Of a DNA stretch of 32,205 nt, positions 26,115 to 32,205 are shown piece by piece (position 1 is the first letter of the stretch; every line of letters starts with the position of its first letter). The stretch lies in the sequence record SRR20825006_2856; one strand, given 5' to 3'. The position numbers and the translations under genes were made by a program. The notes below the pieces were generated by a model. The model was not told the origin of the DNA. It made no database searches and worked only from the letters and a program-made list of their open reading frames with translations.

Positions 26115-27301
26115 ATTTTTTCGCAGTCAAGCATAAGGCTTTTACCATTTTCTAAAGTGGTAAAGAAAATATAGCGATCACCACCGCTTTTAATTTTAAA
26201 CTTTTTCCGTAAATCGGCCACAGAAGCTTTAAAATTACGCGTGGTAATATGCGCTTGTTTTCCTTTAAGCAACTGACTAATAGTCTTTTTTGAATACGGA
26301 ATACTGTCTTTGATTTTAAATCGCCTGCCCGGAAAGTCGATCAATTTTTCTGAAGTATAGAGCTGTGTGTTGGCAGCTAATTTATCTAACTTGTAATGCT
26401 CAGAAATCCAATTAAAGGCTCCCAGCTTAAGCAAAGCTGCATTGGGTTCATAGAGGTAGGTTTGTGGCTCATCAAAGGTGGCTTCAGCAAATTGTAAGGC
26501 GTCGAAATCCAAAGTTACCGGAACATCAAAATCACTCGAGAGATTTACAGCAAAAAGGCTTAAAGCTTTAGTATCATCTTTTTTCGATAGTATCCACAAT
26601 AACTCTTTGACCTCATTTTTAAACGCAATGCTGTGAATTTGTACAACATGTTTCAGTTCACGTAACCCGGCGGTGATATCCAACAACGGACTCGTTTTAA
26701 CCATTAGAATATCGGTTTTATCTAATAGCAAGTCCAGGTATTCAGGGATATTGGGTTCGCAATCCTTCAGCATAAAAACTTTTCCTTTTACCTCATTTCT
26801 ACGCGATGGATCTGTAAAGATCAGATCAAAATGAGAAGAAGTACCTTTTAAAAAGTCAATGCTATTTTGATGGTGCGTTTGTATATTCTTTACGCCTAAT
26901 ACTTCAAAATTATGCTGTGCCAGCGCACTGAGTTCAGGATTCAATTCGCAATGGATTACTTCGTCAAATTGCCGACTGAAAAAATAATCATCAATGCCAA
27001 AGCCACCCGTAAGATCTAAAGCTTTCTTTCCGGAAAATAGACTTGCTTTATACGCTGCAGTTTCTTCTGATGAAGTCTGTTCTAAATTGAGTTTTGGAGG
27101 GTAGAGTATTTCAGGATGCTTAAACCACGTAGGAAGTTTGCCTTCAGCTTTTTGTAATCCAACAAGTTGCTGAGCCAGTTCAGGACTGCTTATGGCCTCA
27201 AAAGGTGAGGAGCTTAATAAAACTTTAGAAACATCTGTTTTATAATGCGCTCTCAGGTATGCTTGAACTTCGGGCTGAAGCAAATTTTTATTAAGGCTCA
27301 T
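26111..27301 (-). CDS. Class I SAM-dependent methyltransferase with C-terminal THUMP-like domain
   Basis: EQTSSE, LDLTGGFGID SAM motif, DPSRR, KTSPLLD, YEPNAALLK, FPGRRF. Confidence 0.85.
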   Translation of the reverse strand: MSLNKNLLQPEVQAYLRAHYKTDVSKVLLSSSPFEAISSPELAQQLVGLQKAEGKLPTWFKHPEILYPPKLNLEQTSSEETAAYKASLFSGKKALDLTGGFGIDDYFFSRQFDEVIHCELNPELSALAQHNFEVLGVKNIQTHHQNSIDFLKGTSSHFDLIFTDPSRRNEVKGKVFMLKDCEPNIPEYLDLLLDKTDILMVKTSPLLDITAGLRELKHVVQIHSIAFKNEVKELLWILSKKDDTKALSLFAVNLSSDFDVPVTLDFDALQFAEATFDEPQTYLYEPNAALLKLGAFNWISEHYKLDKLAANTQLYTSEKLIDFPGRRFKIKDSIPYSKKTISQLLKGKQAHITTRNFKASVADLRKKFKIKSGGDRYIFFTTLENGKSLMLDCEKI

Positions 27302-28394
27302 ACAGGTTTTTAGTAAGCTTTTGTACGATCTTATATTCTGAGAGAAACTCTTTTGCGATTACTTTAATCGCTGTGTAGGCAGGAATGGCAACCACCATCC
27401 CAAAAATACCAAAGATCAAACCTGCAATGACAATCACCAGAAAGATCTCTAAAGGATGTGACTTTACGCTGCTCCCGAAAATTAAAGGCTGATTGATAAA
27501 ATTATCGATCAATTGCGCAATACAGTACCCTATAAACACATAGATCATTTTAGGCAGAATCACCGTTTGAAAGTCGGCAGTAAAATTTCCGCTTATTACA
27601 AGCAGCATCATCACCACGCCGCCAACAACCGGACCAATATAAGGAACCACATTGAGCATTGCGCAAAACAGCGCTATAGCAAAGGCATTAGGTATTTGAA
27701 AGCTAACCAGTAAAATAGCATAGATGGTAAAGAGAATCATCAATTGCAGTAAAATTCCTAAGAAATAGCGCGAAAGCAACTGTTTGGTTTTATGAAAAAC
27801 AATACGGAATCTTTTTTCCTCACCGGTATTGGCAAACACGAGAAAACTGTCTAAGAGCAGGTGACTGTCTTTCAGCAAGAAGAATGAAATGAAGATTACC
27901 GAAAGTAAGCCCACAATTAACGAACTGAAATTACCCAGTATGCTATTGATAAATGTCGGAATCACCGAAATATCAAAATTCTTTATAAAGTCAGATTGTT
28001 TTAAACCTTCTATTAGTGTTACCTGGTCAACACCCATCGCTCGGCTGAATTCAACATTAAGTCGGTTGATGTTGTGTTTTACTTCTTCAAAATTGATTTT
28101 ACTAATATGCTCACTTTGATCAATTAAAATAGGAATAAACAATGCGAGAATCCCCGATATTACAATGAGCACCATAATGAGAGTAGCTATTGCGGCTGCA
28201 ACGGCGCTAAAGCGACACTTGTTTTTTAAGAAATTCACCACCGGTCTTCCTATCAAAGAAATGACCGCAGCAATACAGATAAATACAAGTACTGCCTGAA
28301 TTTTATACAAAAACCATAGTATAAATACAATTCCGGCGATGATCCCCAAGGCTCTGAGAATGCCGTATGCAATGACTTTAGATTTATCTTTCAT
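27291..28394 (-). CDS. AI-2E (PerM/UPF0118) family transporter
   Basis: Multi-TM; NVVPYIGP, QLIDN...QP, HPLEI motifs. Start 28394 preferred (28406 possible). Confidence 0.9.
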   Translation of the reverse strand: MKDKSKVIAYGILRALGIIAGIVFILWFLYKIQAVLVFICIAAVISLIGRPVVNFLKNKCRFSAVAAAIATLIMVLIVISGILALFIPILIDQSEHISKINFEEVKHNINRLNVEFSRAMGVDQVTLIEGLKQSDFIKNFDISVIPTFINSILGNFSSLIVGLLSVIFISFFLLKDSHLLLDSFLVFANTGEEKRFRIVFHKTKQLLSRYFLGILLQLMILFTIYAILLVSFQIPNAFAIALFCAMLNVVPYIGPVVGGVVMMLLVISGNFTADFQTVILPKMIYVFIGYCIAQLIDNFINQPLIFGSSVKSHPLEIFLVIVIAGLIFGIFGMVVAIPAYTAIKVIAKEFLSEYKIVQKLTKNLYEP

Positions 28395-28905
28395 GTTTCG
28401 GGGCATTTAATAATTGGTATGCGGCGATGGCGGCAGCTTGGCTCACGTTCATACTGCTGTTTTTGCCGTGCATCGGGATATAGGTTAAATAGTCTAACTG
28501 CTCTAAAATACGCTGGTCAATTCCGTGCCGTTCATTGCCTAAAACTAAGGCTATTTTTTCAAATGCTTGATGTTTAAATGTTTCCAGCGGAATACTTTGT
28601 GTGGTCAGTTCGAGACCGATACACGAAAAACCTTCATTCTTTAATTGCAAAAGAAGGGTTTCAGCGTCTTCAACGGCGGTGTATGCAATCTGCTTTTCAC
28701 TGGAGCGTGCAGTGCGCTTGAGACGGGTGCTCTCAAAATTAAGACTTGCCTGGCAAAAATAAATATGCTGAATGCCTAAAGCATCTGCAAGCCGAAAAAG
28801 ACTTCCTGCATTTGCCGGACTATTCACGCGATCACAGACCAGTACAAAAGGTAATGGTTGTGGTGCTATTTGCGTCTCTTCGTGATTGAGTTGTTTAGTT
28901 TTCAA
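28384..28905 (-). CDS. TrmH/SpoU family RNA methyltransferase (TTG start)
   Basis: PANAGSLFRLA, LVLGNERHG, IPMHG.NSSMNVS SPOUT motifs. Confidence 0.9.
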   Translation of the reverse strand: MKTKQLNHEETQIAPQPLPFVLVCDRVNSPANAGSLFRLADALGIQHIYFCQASLNFESTRLKRTARSSEKQIAYTAVEDAETLLLQLKNEGFSCIGLELTTQSIPLETFKHQAFEKIALVLGNERHGIDQRILEQLDYLTYIPMHGKNSSMNVSQAAAIAAYQLLNAPKHER

Positions 28906-29548
28906 AGGCGTATTTTATAATATTAGCGCCCATTTTTAAAGCTTTTTCACGAACTTCAGGAGGATCGTTATGAACAGCCGGACTTTCCCAACCATCACCT
29001 AAATCACTTTCTTTTGTGTATAGGATGATCAGGCGTCCTTCTTTAAACAACCCGAATGCCTGAGGTCTTAATCCATCGTGTTCGTGAATTTTGGGTAATC
29101 CCTGTGGAAAAGCAAAAGCACTTGAAAACACAGGGTGGTCTGCCGGCAACTCGATCAATTCTTCCTGCGGATATAATTTTTTAAGTTGAGGTCGCAAGTA
29201 TTCATCTATGCCGTAATTATCGTCTATGTGTAAAAAGCCGCCACTGTTTAAGTAGTCTCTTAAATTGCGTAGCGCATCTTCAGAAAAATAAACATTACCG
29301 TGCCCGGTCATATGCACAAAAGGATATTGCATAATGGCAGGATCTGTGGCTTTAATTGTTGCTATATTAGGGTCAATGGCTGTATGAATAAAAGTATTGC
29401 AAAATTGAGCTAGATTGGGCAACGAGGTAGGATTAGCATACCAGTCGCCGCCGCCTTCGTATTGCAATACCGCTATTTTTTGAGCACAAAGCACATGAGA
29501 TCCTGTGAATAGCAGTGTTAATAAAGAGCAAAGCCAAAGCTTAATCAC
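28895..29548 (-). CDS. DUF4159 domain exported protein (GTG start)
   Basis: Signal peptide, GGGDWY, YPFVHMTGHG, GGFLHIDD, SDLGDGWE, MGANI. Confidence 0.82.
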   Translation of the reverse strand: MIKLWLCSLLTLLFTGSHVLCAQKIAVLQYEGGGDWYANPTSLPNLAQFCNTFIHTAIDPNIATIKATDPAIMQYPFVHMTGHGNVYFSEDALRNLRDYLNSGGFLHIDDNYGIDEYLRPQLKKLYPQEELIELPADHPVFSSAFAFPQGLPKIHEHDGLRPQAFGLFKEGRLIILYTKESDLGDGWESPAVHNDPPEVREKALKMGANIIKYAFEN

Positions 29549-29680
29549 GTAGTTTTAGTTTTTTAAATTGAAAACGAAAATACTTATTTTCTAGCCAACG
29601 CACTATTTTTTAAAATTTCATTAGGGCTTGGTGAGCATAAAAGTTAAAACGATAATAACCCCTTTCAAAAAATAAGGTTT

Positions 29681-30067
29681 ATGAGTGCCTCTAATTCTGA
29701 TTATCTCGCTCAGATCATACCTATTCTTCCAGTAAAAGATGTGCTGGAAGCCTTAGAATTCTACATCAAAAAACTTGGTTTTGAATTGGTTTTTATTGAT
29801 GAAGAACGCCAGCCCCGTTATGCGGGTATTCGGCGCAATAACATCGCGCTGCATCTGCAATGGCACGAAGCTTCAGAATGGGAGCAGGACAAAAACAGAC
29901 CTATGTTGCGCATTCAGGTGCAAGGTATTGAAAGCCTTTACAAGAAGTACCAGCTTATGGGTGTATTTCACAACCATACTTCGCTTGAAGAAAAGCCTTG
30001 GGGTACTTTAGAATTTGCCTTTTACGATCCGTTTAAAAACGGTCTGATCTTTTATGCCGAAGCTTAA
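29681..30067 (+). CDS. VOC/glyoxalase/bleomycin-resistance family protein
   Basis: PILPVKD...FY...LGF and PWGTLEFAFYDPFKN patterns. Confidence 0.85.
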   Translation: MSASNSDYLAQIIPILPVKDVLEALEFYIKKLGFELVFIDEERQPRYAGIRRNNIALHLQWHEASEWEQDKNRPMLRIQVQGIESLYKKYQLMGVFHNHTSLEEKPWGTLEFAFYDPFKNGLIFYAEA

Positions 30068-31281
30068 GCTTTGACGGTTTCTTTTAGAGGAATTTGATTT
30101 TTGATCAAATCATCAAAGGTTTCGCGCTCACGTATAAGATGTGCTTTTCCGTCCAAGAATAATACTTCAGCCGGGCGATATCTTGAGTTGTAATTGCTCG
30201 CCATACTGAAACAATAAGCACCGGCATTACTAAAAGCAAGAATATCACCTTCAGCGATTTCTGCAATTCTTCGGTTTGTCGCAAAAGTATCGGTCTCACA
30301 GATGTACCCTACAACTGAGTAAAAGCGCTCACGGCCTTTTGGGTTGCTGATATTTGTAATCTCGTGGCGGCTTCCGTAGAACATAGGGCGAATGAGATGG
30401 TTAAAACCACTATCTACTTGTGCAAAAACAGTAGAGGTAGTTTGCTTGATCACATTAACCTGAACTAAAAACTTTCCGGCTTCGCTCACAAGGAATTTTC
30501 CGGGCTCGAATACTAAGGTTAGTGACTTGCCATAGTCTTTCTCAAAAGCATTAAAACGCTTACTCAATTTATCACCTAGTTCTTCAATATTGGTTTCAAT
30601 ATCACCTTCTTTATAAGGCACTTTAAAACCGCTACCAAAGTCTAAAAATTCAAGATCCTTAAAATCTTTGGCGGTATCAAAAAGGATCTCTGCAGCGTGA
30701 AGAAATACATCAATATCAAGAATGTCACTACCGGTATGCATATGAATACCGTTGATGTTCATTCCGGTATTTTTTACGATACGCAGTAAATGTGGAATCT
30801 GGTGAATACTGATCCCAAATTTGCTATCAATATGTCCAACAGAAATGTTGGTGTTTCCGCCCGCCATCACGTGCGGATTGATACGTACACAAACCGGAGT
30901 TTTAGGATGCTTGGTCCCAAATTGTTCCAGAATAGAAAGGTTGTCAATATTGATTTGCACCCCCATTTTAGCAACTTCTTCTAGTTCGTCTAAAGAAACG
31001 CCATTAGGAGTAAACATAATTTTTGATGGATCAATACCCGCTGCAAGGGCAAGACGTACTTCTTGAATACTTACCGTATCCATCCCCGCTCCAAAACCGT
31101 GTATCAGTTGAAGCACAGCAAGATTAGACAAAGCCTTCACTGCATAATTGATGCGCAGGTTTTTAACCTTTTTAAAAGCACCGGTAAGACGTTTATATTG
31201 AGATTCAATTTTTTCAGCATCATAAACATAAACGGGACTTCCGTATTCTTTTGCGATCGATAGCAAGTTTTGGTGGGTCAT
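30064..31281 (-). CDS. lysA: Diaminopimelate decarboxylase
   Basis: YAVKA (PLP Lys), SKFG, HMHTGS, EPGKFLV, GYICETD, GAYCFSMASNYN. Confidence 0.96.
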   Translation of the reverse strand: MTHQNLLSIAKEYGSPVYVYDAEKIESQYKRLTGAFKKVKNLRINYAVKALSNLAVLQLIHGFGAGMDTVSIQEVRLALAAGIDPSKIMFTPNGVSLDELEEVAKMGVQINIDNLSILEQFGTKHPKTPVCVRINPHVMAGGNTNISVGHIDSKFGISIHQIPHLLRIVKNTGMNINGIHMHTGSDILDIDVFLHAAEILFDTAKDFKDLEFLDFGSGFKVPYKEGDIETNIEELGDKLSKRFNAFEKDYGKSLTLVFEPGKFLVSEAGKFLVQVNVIKQTTSTVFAQVDSGFNHLIRPMFYGSRHEITNISNPKGRERFYSVVGYICETDTFATNRRIAEIAEGDILAFSNAGAYCFSMASNYNSRYRPAEVLFLDGKAHLIRERETFDDLIKNQIPLKETVKA

Positions 31282-31301
31282 AATCTTAAATTTTCAGCCT
31301 A

Positions 31302-31309
31302 CAAATCTA
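31302..31309 (-). promoter_or_regulatory. -7 promoter element (TAGATTTG on minus strand) for lysA
   Basis: CAAATCTA on the plus strand matches TAnnTTTG, 20 nt upstream of the lysA ATG. Confidence 0.6.
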
Positions 31310-31490
31310 GTATAGATTATTTAGTTACAGGCAGTCTTCACCTAAAAAAATAAGCCTTTCGTCATATTTTAAACGCAATCTGGCCTGTGGTTTTTGATTT
31401 GATCCTACACGGCTTACGCGAAGGTTTTAAAATTGCCTTAGGAATAGATAAATCAGAAGTAAATTGCTAGCAGGGTTTGCGCTAAATACT

Positions 31491-31498
31491 TATTTTTG
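31491..31498 (+). promoter_or_regulatory. -7 promoter element (TATTTTTG) for sucC
   Basis: Matches TAnnTTTG 35 nt upstream of ATG 31534; -33 element not clearly spaced. Confidence 0.55.
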
Positions 31499-31533
31499 CT
31501 CTGCAAATTTCAAATTTATAGAAACGCCTGATT

Positions 31534-32205
31534 ATGAATCTACACGAATATCAAGGAAAAGAAATACTTAGCAGTTTTGGAGTGCGTATACAGCGCGGTA
31601 AAGTAGCAACTACTGCTGCAGAGGCAGTTGAAGCTGCAAAAAAACTTACAGAAGAAACCGGTACCGGTTGGCACGTAATTAAAGCGCAAGTACACGCCGG
31701 AGGTAGAGGAAAAGGCGGTGGAGTAAAGCTGGCTAAAAACCTTCAAGAGGTGGAGCAAATTGCAGGAGAGATCATCGGTATGAATCTGGTAACTCCTCAA
31801 ACTTCAGCCGAAGGTAAAAAAGTACATCAAGTATTAGTTGCTGAAGATGTTTACTATCCTGGAGATAGTGAGCCGGAAGAATATTACATGTCTGTTTTAT
31901 TAAACAGAGCTACCGGTAAGAATATGATTATGTATTCTACCGAAGGAGGAATGGATATCGAAGAAGTTGCTGAAAAAACTCCACATCTTATTTTTACTGA
32001 AGAGATTAATCCTGCAACAGGACTGCTTCCTTTTCAAGCGCGCCGCATCGCTTTCAATTTAGGTCTTAGCGGAACTGCTTTTAAAGAGATGACCAAGTTT
32101 GTTGCTGCACTTTATAAAGCGTATTCAGCATCTGATTCTTCACTTTTTGAGATCAACCCTGTGCTTAAGACCAGCGATGATAAAATTATGGCTGTAGATG
32201 CTAAA
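31534..32205 (+). CDS. sucC: Succinate-CoA ligase (ADP-forming) beta subunit, 3'-truncated by window edge; absent from the ORF track
   Basis: Translated by hand: MNLHEYQGKEIL...VIKAQVHAGGRGKGGGV...STEGGMDIEEV...EINP...AVDAK. Confidence 0.96.
   Translation, partial: MNLHEYQGKEILSSFGVRIQRGKVATTAAEAVEAAKKLTEETGTGWHVIKAQVHAGGRGKGGGVKLAKNLQEVEQIAGEIIGMNLVTPQTSAEGKKVHQVLVAEDVYYPGDSEPEEYYMSVLLNRATGKNMIMYSTEGGMDIEEVAEKTPHLIFTEEINPATGLLPFQARRIAFNLGLSGTAFKEMTKFVAALYKAYSASDSSLFEINPVLKTSDDKIMAVDAK

Noticed and set aside
31282-31533. Lysine riboswitch upstream of lysA
   Set aside because: The putative -7 box is only 20 nt from the start codon, leaving no room, and no riboswitch core was recognised.
970-31800. 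Short antisense or alternate-frame ORFs in the track (e.g. 13593-14084, 20691-21098, 31540-31800)
   Set aside because: All lie largely or wholly over well-supported genes and show no recognisable motifs; treated as shadow ORFs.

Overview
AT-rich bacterial chromosomal window. Gene content and TAnnTTTG -7 promoter boxes point to Bacteroidota, most likely Flavobacteriaceae (inference). In order it holds: a quinone oxidoreductase and a ModF-like ABC ATPase; a cytoplasmic multi-PAS hybrid kinase / pseudo-receiver-Hpt / receiver phosphorelay; a 7-gene Cu(I)/Ag(I) efflux cluster (HYC_CC_PP-type small protein, CusA, TolC, DUF3347 lipoprotein, DUF318 permease, HMA-MauE fusion, CusB-DUF3347); a FabH-type synthase; and a tightly packed light-sensing operon (CheB-CheR-PAS-kinase fusion, bacteriophytochrome kinase, two receivers, heme oxygenase). 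These are followed by a minus-strand 4-gene block, a VOC protein, lysA and the 5' part of sucC. No IS, integrase, CRISPR or complete RNA gene was seen. Two candidates stand out. (1) The Cys/His-rich, Pro-Pro-containing ORF ahead of cusA is followed by a highly structured 211-nt linker with mutually exclusive pairings and a long-range helix over the cusA initiation region, suggesting metal-responsive leader-peptide control of a cluster that has no transcription factor. (2) A receptor-less CheB/CheR kinase with its own MCP-like Glu-Glu heptads sits directly upstream of a bacteriophytochrome, apparently in the same operon.
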